64,000 bases of DNA from the human T2T-CHM13v2.0 reference genome, Homo sapiens: NCBI RefSeq assembly GCF_009914755.1, contig NC_060940.1, one strand, 5' to 3'. Below are positions 25,940 through 64,000 of the stretch, in pieces. The notes under the pieces are model-generated. The model searched no databases. It had not been told where the DNA came from and saw nothing but the letters and a program-made list of their open reading frames with translations. The stretch's first letter is position 1. Every line of letters starts with the position of its first letter. A program made the translations under genes and the position numbers.

Positions 25940-27989
25940 CGAAGGGTCCCGCGGGAATCGGGGCGAGGCCGGGTGCCTCTTCAGCGTCCAGCTGCTCTAC
26001 TGCCTGAATCCCTGGTACCCGGGCCCTGTCTACGTGGGGCTCACTGTCAACCCTGTTCGTCCAGCAGCACAATGGTGGCCGCAAAAAAGGCGGGGCTTGG
26101 CGGACCATTGGCCGAGGTCCCTGTTAAGAGGGGGAGGGTCTCTGTGCCCGGAGGAAGGCTCCCTGGAGGAGGCGGAACCGGGGGGCACAAGCCTGCTGAG
26201 AGGGACCCACTAGGTCTGTGACGTGCGCGGGACGTCCCGGGCGAGGCCTGTTGGTGGGGGGAGGCTGTCGCAGGGGAGGAGCCTAACGGGGAGGCGGTGC
26301 CCTGGGAATCTCGGCGTTAGAACTCCGGAGAGCAGCTGGCTGAGGCGAGGGTGATGATCCAGGCTGGGGTCCAGCGCAGGGGTCTTGGGGGGCACGCTGG
26401 GGTCGGGTGGAGCGCAGGAGGGAGAGGAATGAGAACAGGTGGGTACCTGGGCTGGAGGCGGGACCTGAGGTGGGCAGGTGCAGGGGGCGTGCCTTCAGGC
26501 AGTTGCGGGGCCAGGGCTCGGCTGAAGCTGGGAGTGAGGACCCCGTTCTCCGGTGGGATAGGAGGGGACCCGCGATGCTGGGCTGCGCTGGCGGTAGGGC
26601 GCGGCGGGGCTCACAGGAACATTCCTGTTCTCCTCCCCATGGAGATTGTGCTCGTCGTGCACGGCTTCCCATCCGCCGCGGCCGCCCTTCGGGTAAAGAA
26701 GAAGACCGGGCGGCGGCCTGTGGCCTGGATTTGGGGTCCGACCCCCGCCCGGAGCCGCCTTGACTCCAACCCCGCCGCGGTTGGAGGGGGCCTGGCACCC
26801 CCGCCCTGGGCGCTCCTCCCGGTCCCGTTGCGCCCCGACCTCCGTCAGCCGCACGGCACTGGCCACTGACCGTCGGGCCTCCTCCGCCCCAGGGCGCCGC
26901 GCAGGTCCCTTTGCTGACGCCGAGCCTGAGCCTGAGCCGGTCCCGGGGTCCAAGAGGGCTGTGTGCACCCTGCGCGTCCGCGCGCTCCAGGGGAGGTGCG
27001 CTCCAGGGGAGGTCCGCCCCAAGCAGAGCGGCACATCCTCCAGACGACTTCGGATCCTGCTGTTGAGGAGCCAGGAAACGCCCTGACACTGTTGCGGCCC
27101 TGTCCACATCTCTAAGATGGGGATGGATGATAGTACTTCTGGCCATTCCTGAGCACAGCAGGACCTGCCTTTTCCCTTTGACTGGAAGGTTCTTCTCTAC
27201 ATCTTCAGTCTTGATAACCTGCCACCTCCACAGGGAGGTCTTCCCTGGCTCCCAATTTAAAATTGCAGCTCTGAGAAGCCGGGCATGGTGGCATATGCCT
27301 GTAGTCCCAGCTACGGGGGAGGCTGAGGTGGGAGGATCGCTTGAGCCCAGGAGTTGGAGGCTGAAGTGAGCTATGATCACTCCATTGCACTCCAGCCTGG
27401 GGGAAACAGCAAGACCCTGTCTCTAAAAAAATAAAATACAATAAAATTGCGGCTCTTTCTTGTGCACTTCCCTGCCCGCCCCCCTTTCCTGAACCCTTAT
27501 TATTTTCTGCCATACTACAAATTTTATGCATCTCATTAAACCCCTTCCGAACCTGTGTACTAAACTGCCTGGGGGCAGCTCTCATCACTGCTGTAGAACA
27601 AAGTCCCACATAGAGCCAATGGCCAAGAAACAGTTAATAAAATAACAGACGATGGTCCTGGCCTCTACTGTGAGTGAGTAAAGGGCTTGCCCTGCAGAGA
27701 TTCAGTGATCTGGCGGGGGTTGCTGAGCTATGAGGAAGTTCAGATCTGGCTGCAGGGGTGAGGCTGTGACTCAGTCAATCACTGCCCATGCTCACAGGAC
27801 ACTGGCCAGCTTAGTCCCTGGGGGCAAGGATTTTACCCCCCCCCCACCTCCATTTCCTCATCTCTAAGATGTGAATAATCGTCGCCCCTGCCTCACAGGA
27901 TTGAGCTGTGTAACCCCCCTCCCACCTTTTTTCTATGCCATCCACTGCGGGTCTGGGGCTTTTTACTGGAATGCAATACAAAGTCTGAG

Positions 27990-27990
<1 letters not shown>
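25940..27990 (+). pseudogene. Unprocessed SLX1 pseudogene
   Basis: Colinear with 14605-18080. ATG>AAG (25942), GIY Tyr>Gln, 5-nt deletion in exon 1, donor GT>TT, exon-2 acceptor AG>AT (26640), partly deleted exon 3, coding parts of exons 4-6 deleted (~27912), AATAAA>AATACA. Confidence 0.9.
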
Positions 27991-30858
<2,868 letters not shown>

Positions 30859-31866
30859 TGTGGGCGGCAAGCCACCCAGGCACCGAGGCAAGAGACAGAG
30901 GACACGATCTGTTCCAGTATAATAAAATATAAAACAAGAATAGTTATACCAGATATAGATCTTAGATATGATTATATATGAATATCATTAATCATTAGTT
31001 TGTAGCAATTACTTTTTCTTCCAATATTATAATAATCCTTGCTCTATAATCATAGCCTAGGAAAAACCAGGCCATACAGAGACAGGAGCTGAAGGGACAT
31101 AGTGAGGTGTGACTGCAAGACAGGAGTGCGAGCCTTCTGTTATGCCCGGACAGGGCCACCAGAGGGCTCCTTGGTCTAGCGGTGACGCCAGCGTCTGGGA
31201 AGACGCCCGTTACCAGGCGGATCGTGGTCCAGCGGTAGCAAAAGGTGTCAAGAAACAACACCCGCTACTCAGCAGACCAGGAAAGGGGGGTCTCCCTTTC
31301 CCTGGGGGAGTTTAGAGAAGACTCTGCTCCTCCACCTCTTGTGGAGGGCCTGACATTAGTCAGGCTCGCCCGCAGTTATCCGGAGGCCTAACCGTCTCCC
31401 TGTGATGCTGTGCTTCAGTGGTCACACTCCTAGTCCACCTTCATGTTCCATCCTGTACACCTGGCTCTGCCTTCTAGATAGCAGTGGTAAATTAGTGAAA
31501 ATACTAATAGTCCCTGATATGCAGAAATAATGGCATAAGCTGTCTTTCTCTTTGTCTCCTCTCCCTCTCTGCCTCGGCTGCCAGGCAGGGAAGGGCCCCC
31601 TGTCCGGTGGACACATGACCCACGTGACCTTACCTATCATTGGAGGTGACTCACATTCTTTACCCTGCCCCTTCTGCCTTGTATCCAATAAATAACAGCA
31701 CAGCCCGACATTCGGGGCCACTACCAGTCTCTGCACATTGGTGGTAGTGGTCCCCCGGGCCCAGTTGCCTTTTCTCTTGTCTCTTTGTCTTGTGTCTTTA
31801 TTTCTACACTCTCTCATTGCCGCACTTAGGGAGAGACCCACCGACCCTGTGGGGCTGGTCCCTACA
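30859..31866 (+). mobile_element. Solitary LTR13-type (ERVK-class) LTR, 1008 bp
   Basis: Starts TGTGGGCGGCAAGCCACCCAGG and ends GGGGCTGGTCCCTACA (TG...CA). AATAAA at 31687-31692. Family recognised from recalled consensus ends. Confidence 0.85.
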
Positions 31867-32405
31867 GAGAATGACTTGAACCTGGGAGGCAGAGATTGTA
31901 GTGAGGTGAGATTGCACCACTGCACTCCAGCTTGGGTGACAGAGCAAGACTCTGTCTCAAAAAAAAGATGAGGTGAGTTCAGTTTGGGAAATGTTGAATG
32001 CCAGATGCCTTTGGCCTATTCAGAGGGAGATTGCCGAAGCACAGAGGAGAGTTCATGACAGGGTTTAATTATTTTTAGTGCTCTCATGTCCCAGATTCGG
32101 CCAATTGGAGTCCCTCCACGCTGGTTCCTGTGTCCTGTGACATCACCCATCTTCTTTCTCCTTTTCTTCTTTCATAAGCCACTTCCTTCCTGGCATGACA
32201 GTGTGTTCCAGGACCATCTTGTACCTTGCACCTGCCCTGCCCTGGCCCTAGAATCAGCCAATTCTCTGAGGCATCCTGATTCCTTTTTGTGGGGGAACGG
32301 TTTGAGAACAAAATATACTACTACATGATACTATATTCTGACAGGAAAAAACACAGCCATAAGAAATAAAGCCATGGCCGGGCACAGTGGCTCCTGTAAT
32401 CCTAA

Positions 32406-32696
<291 letters not shown>

Positions 32697-33021
32697 TGAG
32701 TAGCTGGGATTACAGATTCCTGCCATCACGCCCTGCTAATTTTTGTATTTTTGTTAGAGATGGGGTTTCTCAATGTTGGTCAGGCTGGTCTCAAACTCCC
32801 GACTTCAGGTGATCCGGCTGCCTTGGCCTCCCAAAGTGCTGGGATTACAGGGGTATATTTTATATTTAAAGTATATTTAAAAATTAAGGGCCAGGCTCAG
32901 TGTCTCACGCCTGTAATCCCAGCACTTTGGGAGGCCGAGGTGGCTGGATCCCATGAACTCGGGAATTTGAAAGGCACAAGAGCGAAACTCCGTCTCAAAA
33001 ATATATGTAAAATATATTTTA

Positions 33022-33156
<135 letters not shown>

Positions 33157-33159
33157 TTA

Positions 33160-33303
<144 letters not shown>

Positions 33304-33746
33304 TCAAAAACAAAACAAAATAAAACAAAACAAAACAAAACAAAATATATGTATATACACACACACATTATATGTAATATCTACTTTTAAATATAAACAT
33401 AAATATTATAAAGCTTTTATTGCAATTGTTCATTTTAGAAACTTCAGAAAATACAAATTAGTAAAAAGAAGAAAATAAGTCTGTAATACCACTTTTAAGA
33501 ACTATTTTAAAAACCTCTAGCTTTTTTTTGAGATATAATTTACATACCAAGACTTTTTTAAAAAAAAAAATTCATAATGGTGACTTTTTTATCGGACTGT
33601 ATAGAATAAAGCTTGTTAAAATGTCTAAGATATTTTGTAATATATGAAAATTTCAGCTAAACTTGTGCTATAGCATCCCATGGTTTGAATATATTATTGA
33701 AAATCATTCCATAAACAATGGTTTGGTATATAGTTTTAACAATTCA

Positions 33747-34334
<588 letters not shown>

Positions 34335-34930
34335 CTAGTAGACTTTTCATTCTGATGTTAAAAATATAATTAATAGAAATGTCTTGTACCTAATAGCTTT
34401 TTTCCCCACAACTCCCCAACCCCCTCACTCTAGAGGCCTTAGTAGTCTAATTTAATCAGCTTAGTCTGAAATATAATACTACCTTGGCATCTTGTTGGCC
34501 TAGTATTTCTTACTCTTTTATGGAATGAACTGTGCAATTGTTTTGTGTGGCTAAAAGGTATTCTAGGTCGAGTATAGTGGCTCACACCTGTAATCCCAGC
34601 GCTTTGGGATGCCGAGGTGGGCGGATCACCTGAGGTCGGGAGTTCGAGACCAGCCTGGCCAACATGTTGAAAACCCGTCTCTACTAAAAATACAAAATTT
34701 AGCCAGGTGAGGTGGTGTGCATCTGTCATCGCAGATACTCAGGAGGCAGAGGCACGACAATTGCTTGAACCCAGGAGGCAGAGGTTACGGTGAGCTAAGA
34801 TTGCATCACTGCACTCCAGTCTGGGCAACAGAGTGAGACCCTGTCTCAAAAAATAAAAAACAAAATAAATAAATAAAAAATAAAAGGCATTCTAATTAAG
34901 TTGTTGCTTTTTTTTTTTTTTTAATTCCAG

Positions 34931-35221
34931 AGCGGACTGATGTACTGGCCCTTAGTACAGGTGAGTTCCGCCTGCTCAGTAATATGAACTCAGGGCTTTG
35001 GTTTCCATGTGGCCCTAATGGACTCACTCTCCCTGTTCCAGCTAACCAACTTCAGCCTTGTTCCTGTTCAATGGAGAACAGCTTACGCTGGAGTCTGTGG
35101 TTTTCTCTGGGCCACCTTCATCTGTTTTTCCCAGCAGAGCGGTGACGGCACATTCAAGTCAGCTTTCACCATTTTATATACAAAGGGGACCAGTGCCACA
35201 GAAGGGTCCCCGGAGAAATGA
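34931..35221 (+). pseudogene. MPV17L 3' partial duplicate: last two coding exons 34931-34960 and 35042-35221
   Basis: SGLMYWPLVQ / LTNFSLVPVQWRTAYAGVCGFLWATFICFSQQSGDGTFKSAFTILYTKGTSATEGSPEK* carries the Mpv17/PMP22 WP..Q..NF..VP motif and matches my recall of the MPV17L C-terminus. Splice sites intact. Confidence 0.85.
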
Positions 35222-35697
35222 GAAGTCAAGGACTCTCTTAAAGGGACCACATTTTGACCTAAAATGCACAGAATTGCCTGCAGACAAAATATTTGATGTG
35301 CCAATTATGCACTTCATTTTGAGGAATTACTACTATTTATAGACCCACTTTTAAAAAAATTATCAATGATTATTTTTTAATTGTATTCAGACATTTTTTC
35401 CTGATCTAGTCTGAAATATTACTTCTCTAATATTTTGGTTAATATGAATAACAGTGGCAAAATGGCATTTTAGAATTATTAATATTTCTAATATTTTAAT
35501 GCAAGTTTCAGGAAACTTGGTTTCTTGGTTTTGATTGTTTACATTTCTATTCTAAAATCTCAGGTTATCTCCTGAACACTTTTGGACAGATGAAGTTTTA
35601 CACCAAAAAATAGTTCTTAGAGTGAATTTTAATTTACATAGAACTCAATCGAAATGAAGATTTAATAACCAGATTTCTTTCCCCAAAACATACATAA

Positions 35698-35862
<165 letters not shown>

Positions 35863-36349
35863 TAGGACTACAGTCGCCCAGCACCACGCCCAGCTAACTG
35901 GTGGTGGTAGAGACAGGGTTTTACCATGTTGGCCAGGCTGGTCTCCAGCTCCTGACCTCGTGATCCGCCCTCCTCAGCCTCCGAAAGTGCTGGGATTACA
36001 GCAGTCAGCCACTGCGTCCTGCCCCCAAATTTGCTTTGCATGGAGAAAACTCTAACAAGTCCTCTTGAACACAGTTTTCTGATAACCCAGATCAATGAAC
36101 TACCCAGGCTTCACCACTATGCGATATAGGCATGTGAGAAACTCGTACTTATACCCCCTCAATACATTAAAACTAAATATATATATATATTTTTAAATCA
36201 ATGGGCCAGGTGCAGTGGCTCACGCCTGTAATCTCAGCACTTTGGGAGGCCAAGGCGGGTGGATCACTTGCGGTCAGGAGTTCCAGATCAGCCTGGCCAG
36301 CCCGCCTCTACTAAAAATACAAAAATTAGCCAGGCGTGGTGGTGCATGT

Positions 36350-36655
36350 CTCCCACCACGGCTGGGAGGTGTGCCCAACAGCTCATTGAGAACGGGCCAT
36401 GATGACAGTGGCGGTTTTGTGGAATAGAAAGGGGGGAAAGGTGGGGAAAAGATTGAGAAATCGGATGGTTGCCGTGTCTGTGTAGAAGGAAGTAGACATG
36501 GGAGACTTTTCATTTTGTTCTGTAGTAAGAAAAATTCTTCTGCCTTGGGATCCTGTTGATCTGTGACCTTACCCTCCCTCCACTATTGTCCTATGACCCT
36601 GCCAAATCCACCTCTGCGAGAAACACCCAAGAATGATCAATAAAAAAAAAAAAGA
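36350..36655 (+). mobile_element. 5'-truncated, internally deleted SVA (SINE-R end) with poly(A)
   Basis: CCCAACAGCTCATTGAGAACGGGCCATGATGAC...GAAACACCCAAGAATGATCAATAAAAAAAAAAAA is the SVA 3' terminus. Confidence 0.85.
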
Positions 36656-36672
36656 GTTCTGGAGATCAGTAA

Positions 36673-36849
<177 letters not shown>

Positions 36850-37089
36850 TAAATATGCTACTTTTCTACCGATAAAAAGACAAAATGGAATTTAAATCTG
36901 GCCTGGACTTCTCAAAAAAGTCAGTGTGATGAAAACATGTTCTAGATAAAACAGAAATGAGACTGGGCATGGTGGCTCATGCCTGGAATCCCAGCGCCTT
37001 CGGAGGCCAAGGCAGGAGAATCACTTGAGGCCAGGAGTTTGTGAACAGCCTGGGCAACATAGTGAGACCCCAGATCTACTAAAAATTTA

Positions 37090-37583
<494 letters not shown>

Positions 37584-38167
37584 TCAACCTCCCGGAGCCA
37601 TATAAACCCTAACCCTAACCCAGGAAGCAGGCAAGCCTGTGTGTGAGTTTCCACTCTATTGCTGGTACCACTCGGCTCTGGCAACCCGGAAGGCCACCTT
37701 CCCCTGTTGTTACTGTGTAAGGAGGAAGGAGCACTGCTTTGCAAGTCAGAAGCCTGGGTTGAAGCCTCTGCTCGGGTTCCTGCTGGCTGTGGGAATGTGG
37801 GGTTACCTTTCCCGGCTGGCCTCGTTTCCTTCATGTCCAATGCAGGGGTTCCAGTCACATGCATTGGGCACCATTACATGTCCAAGCTGTGCCAGGATCT
37901 AGAAAAATGGCTGGACTCAGGCCAAGGGGCCTTCCTGTCTGGCAGTGAAAATAAGAGGAGATACCAAGGGCCCTGAGTCTGGAGGGGAAGTCATGAGCAC
38001 AGGGCAGTGCCAGGGCCCGGGAGCTGCCACAGAGGAGCCCACCTTGGTGACAGACACCTGTAGGCACATCCGTGATGCCCAGTGCCCAACACAGGGAACT
38101 GGACAAACGTTTCATGCACGACTCTTTTTTCCCTTCTTGGCTACCTTGAGGACCTTGATTATAATAG

Positions 38168-38326
<159 letters not shown>

Positions 38327-38741
38327 TAGGCTCAGCTAATTTTTGTATTTTTACTACAGATGGGGTTTCACCATGTTGGCCAGGCTGATCTTGAACTGCT
38401 GACCTCAGGTGATCTGCCCACCTGGGCCTCCCAAAGTCTTGGGATTACAGGTGTGAGCCACTGAGCCCAGCCAGATTATAATAGCCTTTTCATGCACCAG
38501 GGGCTTTATACTCATTATCTCATTTCATTCATATGAGTTGAAGTCAGCTTACCCCCCATTTCACAGATGAGGAAACCAAGGCCCAGAGAGGTTAGGAATT
38601 CGTCCAAGGTCACACAGCTAGGAAGTAGGATTCAAACCCAGACAGCCAGGCTGTAACACCTAGGCTCTTCTCAGGCTCATGCCCTTCCCAGGGGTCTGGG
38701 AAGCCCTGACCTGCAGCCTGTCACCTTCGTTTACCCCCCAG

Positions 38742-42431
<3,690 letters not shown>

Positions 42432-43488
42432 ATGAGTCCCCAGCAGCACCATGCCACCCACCCCGAGTATCCCCTGGGCACCCTGGCATAGCCAGATGAC
42501 TTCCGTGCCCCTGTTGCAATAACCACTGCTTCCAAGTCTCTGTAGACCACCCCTTGGGTATATCTCATGTAAGTGATATTTATTTTATTTATATTTTTTG
42601 AGTCAGAGTCTCACTCTGTCACCCAGGCTAGAGTGTGCTGACGTGATCTTGGCTCACTACAACCTCTGCCTCCTGGGTTCAAGCGATTCTCATGCCTCAG
42701 CCTCCCAAGTGGCTAGGACTACAGACATGCACCATCACGCCCAGCTAATTTTTGTATTTTTTTCAGTAGAGGTGGGGTTTCACCAAGTTGGCCAGGCTGG
42801 TCTCAAACTCCCCACCTCAAGTGCTCTGCCCGCCTCGGCCTCCCAAAGTGCTGGGATTACAGGCATGAGCCATGGTGTCTGGCCCTAATGTGAGTGATCT
42901 TTAACACTGAGCACTTGAAAAAGAAAACCCTGAAGAAACCTAATTATTCGATGTCTGGACGACAAGGAAGAAGATAGAAATGGCATCAGATAATAAACAG
43001 TGTAAATGTTTGTTTATCAGAAAGGGGCTGGTGGTCGGGACAAGTAGGAGGATTGCTTGAGTCCAGGAGTGCATCTCTACAAAAAAGTTAAAGGATTTTT
43101 TAACATTGGCCAGGCGTGGTGGCACACATCTGTGATCCCAGCTACTTGGGAGGCTGAGGCAGGAGGATTGCTTGAAGCCCAGGAGGTTGAGGCTGCAGTG
43201 AGCTGTGATCGAGCCACTGCACTCCAGCCTGGGTGACACAGCAAAATCCAGTCTCAAAAAAAATAATAATAATATTTTACATAACCAACCACTTCTAAAG
43301 ATTAAAAAAAAACCCCTATGATTAAAAACCTCAGGTCCCTCAGGCAATCATACCAGATATCGAAACAAAGCAATAACATAAGGACTGCAGTATTTATTTT
43401 ATTTTTATATTATTTATTTATTCTTTGTTAGTTTTTGGAGTGTGGGTTTTGTTTTGTTTTTTGAATTTTTTATTTTGTTCTACTCGGT

Positions 43489-43494
43489 TTTATT
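43489..43494 (-). terminator. NPIPB polyadenylation signal AATAAA
   Basis: TTTATT on the + strand, ~35 nt beyond the stop at 43529. Confidence 0.7.
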
Positions 43495-43528
43495 CTTATT
43501 GCTCAGGCTTGAGTGCACTGGCCTCTTC

Positions 43529-60370
<16,842 letters not shown>

Positions 60371-61427
60371 CAGCAGGGTGCGGAAGGTCCCGATAGTAAA
60401 CCATCTCCATCACATCCATGTAGCCATCCGTCCATCAACCTGTATCTCAGGAACAAATGTAGATACATTCATTTTAAGCATGCCTGGTACATTTACAAAA
60501 ATTAACCTGACTTATTTTGTTCCAGCAAATCTCAATATATTTGAGAGCAATCAAATCACACAGCATGTTTCTGATCATATAACTGTGCTAGAAGTCAATG
60601 ATTAAAAGCTAATTCAAAATTATTATTTGCTTGGAAATTCAAAGTGCCCTTATAAGACATAAACATAAGAAAGAATCCAAAATGAAACAAGATTGCCTTT
60701 CAACTCAATGATGAGATCATAACATGGCAATAAAATGTCTCCCTCTGGCCTGGGAATTCCTCTTTGTGGCACAAGGTTGTGTGATCTCAAATCACCGCTA
60801 ACCCACCTAGACATTTTAACATCCGAAACCGAGTGATGACGTCCTTATCTATATCATCTTACTGCCTGTGTGTGTGGACTTTAAATTCTGAACCCAAATG
60901 AGGGGGAGAAAACCAAGTTGACTTTCATGACTGAGCTCTCAGGGACGTCCAAGGAATCTGTGCATTTCAAGAAACAAAGTTCATCAGCTTCTCTCCTAAG
61001 GTATTTGCCCACAATACCCAGAGGGCTTGGCAGCATCATGTGTGATGGGTGGGGAGCTCCAAGCAGGTGGGCAGGACCCAGGGGCCTGGTGACCAGGACA
61101 GACCCCCACTGTCCATCAACTTTCCTGGCCCTGTCCTCTGCTAAACTTCCCACAGGCCTTCTGCCCGATCACACAGAGTATGCCCAAACTCTCTCAGGCC
61201 TCTGGCAGCTGAAAACCACTGCTTTAAATCCCTTTACCATTTACTATGACATAAGGTTATTGTAAACAGGAAATATTCTATTGATGCTACAAATGGAAAG
61301 CCAATGCCTTTACCATAAATAGAAAAACAACCCTAAGAAGCAAGCAAAACAAAAACAAAACAGGGGCTGGGTGTGGTGGCTCACGCCTGTAATCCCAGCA
61401 CTTTGGGAGGCCGAGGTGGGCGGATCA

Positions 61428-61657
<230 letters not shown>

Positions 61658-61761
61658 CTACAAACAAACAAAAAACAGGGTTAACAAAAGTATGGAATTC
61701 AATTCTTTTTATATGCTGCAGCCATGTTCCTGCCCTAGATTTGGCTGGGCATGGTGGCTCA

Positions 61762-62116
<355 letters not shown>

Positions 62117-63368
62117 TTAGAGCAAAAGTGAATGGCAGAGAGTACTATAATGTCCATGAAGGGCTGCTAGAGTCACCGTGATCATAGCCCAAGCAGAGAT
62201 AGGGAAAGGAAGATGTGAGCAGAGTTTGGGGTCTCGAACAATGGAGGTTATTCGTGCAGCCCAGGAAAGGCTCCCCAAAGCCAGGATCAACCTCCCTTGG
62301 AGGCGGTCCCTCATGGAGGCATGGTCAGGCACCTTAGATTTGAGAACAGCTATGTTGCTGCTGACCAGCTGTGTGACCCTGGGCTGGTTTCCTTCCACAC
62401 AATGGGAGTGCCAATGGCTGCATGCATGCAAAGACCGTCTGAGGATAGGAGGAAGCAATCTGTTGAGCACCCGTGTACCTGAGTGTCATCACCTCCCAAG
62501 GGCATCCTTCGTTCCAGAGCTGGCGCCTTGGAAGGCCCTTGGTCACTGAAGGCAGTGATGATGGTAACAGCAGTAAATCATCATTTACGGCTGATGAGGG
62601 AAGGCCAGGGGTAGGGCTCCTAGGTCCTGGATAAGAATGAGGGTCTGGGCACTCCTGGGGACAGCTGAGTGGTAGGACTCCTGGGTCCCCAGGGGGAAGG
62701 TCCATCTTCAGTGGCATTGGGCCTAGGCTGGGATGCTGAGTTATCCACTGGAGCATCAGCAGTACAGGCAGGCACAGAGGCAGTGGATCCATCGGAGGTG
62801 GCAGGTGTAGGATCGTCTGGTGAGCAAGTAGAGTCACCAAATCTGGCTGACCACTACCCCCACTACCCCCACTATCCCCACAGACGATGCCCTGTCCCTT
62901 GCCTCATGCTCCGGCAGGGTACAGGCTCGCACCTGGGGCCTCAAGGAGCATCTCTCTAAGACCTCTGTGTCCTGGTCATTGAATGGGCACTTGAGTCACC
63001 CAGGGCCATTGGAACAAAGAGGAAGAATCAGGCCCCACGATGTTTTGGGAGAGTGTTTAGCACAGGAAAATGCGCAGAATACATGCACGACACGGGGGCA
63101 CTGTCAGTGTGGGAGCAATGGTTTACAACCTCCAGCCCTAATCTGAGCACTCTCACCTGTGCAATCTGAAAGGAACAGGAGACTTGCAGGAAAGACAGTG
63201 CCTGGATTTAACTTAAAGGAACTAAAAATGTTGGAATTTTTACTCTTGATATCCTTCCAAATCAACTCTCTCAATGTTCCCATCCTCAAAACTATCATAT
63301 GGGGTAACTGAGGCAGTCAGAGATTTACTGACTCAATGTCACTCAATTGATTCTGAGTTCACTGCTGA

Positions 63369-63455
63369 TTACATCCGACCAAACTGCTTTTTCTGAAGTC
63401 TACTCCGTTTAATCATGCTGGTGATGATTTTGTGCGGCTCTGGGACAAACTCCAC
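63369..63455 (-). pseudogene. ACSM (medium-chain acyl-CoA synthetase)-derived terminal exon VEFVPEPHKIITSMIKRSRLQKKQFGRM*
   Basis: cag|GTG phase-0 acceptor, 28 aa plus stop. Resembles the recalled ACSM1 C-terminus [28 protein letters not shown]. Confidence 0.7.
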
Positions 63456-64000
63456 CTGGCTGAAGATAAAGCAAATCTGCGGTGACTTAGTCCTCCTGTC
63501 ATTTCCCATCAGTTCCCCACTCTCCTCCTCTGCCCCTCCACAGTCTCCCATGCAGGCTGACACCATATGACGGCCTTAATGGAGTCCACCGAGTATTTCA
63601 GGTTCTCTCCTGGGCCACTTGAAAGTGGATGTACCCATGGGATTTGCTTTGACCCAGGAGATGTGAGTGGAAGTGAAGCGTGTCACCTCGAGGCAAAAGA
63701 GTTGGGAGCCATTGAGACGGGCCACTCTCTCCTTCATCTCTTAGAGCAGCTGACAGCTCCCATATGGAGGCTGCTCCTTTATTCTCGTGGCAGGATGAGG
63801 GCATGTGGGGCACAGGGCACAGGAGAGCCATGGAGGATGTGCAGCATGGGCAGGAAAAGAGCCTTCAGTGGTGTACATTTCCATAGTTTGGGGCTGTTTC
63901 TTACCTACAGTGATACCTAGCCCATCCTAGCAGGCATGCACCATCTACTCCACACTCTGTGATGCAGACTAGCCTGCCGTCAGAACACGAACTGGTGGTC

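Noticed and set aside
26283-27380. 365-aa minus-strand ORF resembling the SLX1 antisense ORFs
   Set aside because: It starts in an Alu, and the similarity follows from nucleotide paralogy of GC-rich DNA rather than coding selection.
37601-37622. Telomere-like AACCCTAACCCTAACCC
   Set aside because: Under three units, compatible with chance.

Overview
Human, Alu-dense segmental-duplication mosaic that I recognise as a chromosome 16p11.2 BOLA2 duplicon. SMG1-pseudogene sequence lies directly against a lone CORO1A last exon, so this is most likely the derived BOLA2/SLX1B/SULT1A4/NPIPB12-type copy. Order along the window: three SMG1P exons (-), orphan CORO1A last exon (+), intact BOLA2 (-, 86 aa) head-to-head with intact SLX1 (+, 275 aa), intact SULT1A3/4 (+, 295 aa), SGF29 3' pseudogene fragment (-), a decayed second SLX1/SULT1A-promoter cassette (+), an LTR13 with non-matching flanks, two intact MPV17L 3' exons (+), an SVA remnant, PLA2G10 pseudo-exons (+), and a long NPIPB gene (-). 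The NPIPB gene has a frame-switching coding VNTR, several alternative first exons and an ACSM-derived exon. This is a well-studied locus and I see no wholly new biological system. The most interesting signals are exon-shuffling products: an in-frame BOLA2-SMG1P fusion, a dual-frame NPIP VNTR toggled by compensating -19/+13 indels, an internal TATA/SOX promoter with a signal-peptide exon, and a possible SULT1A/LTR13-driven MPV17L micro-ORF. Gene and repeat names come from my recall of the sequences, not from database searches, and paralog-level names are inferred from context.
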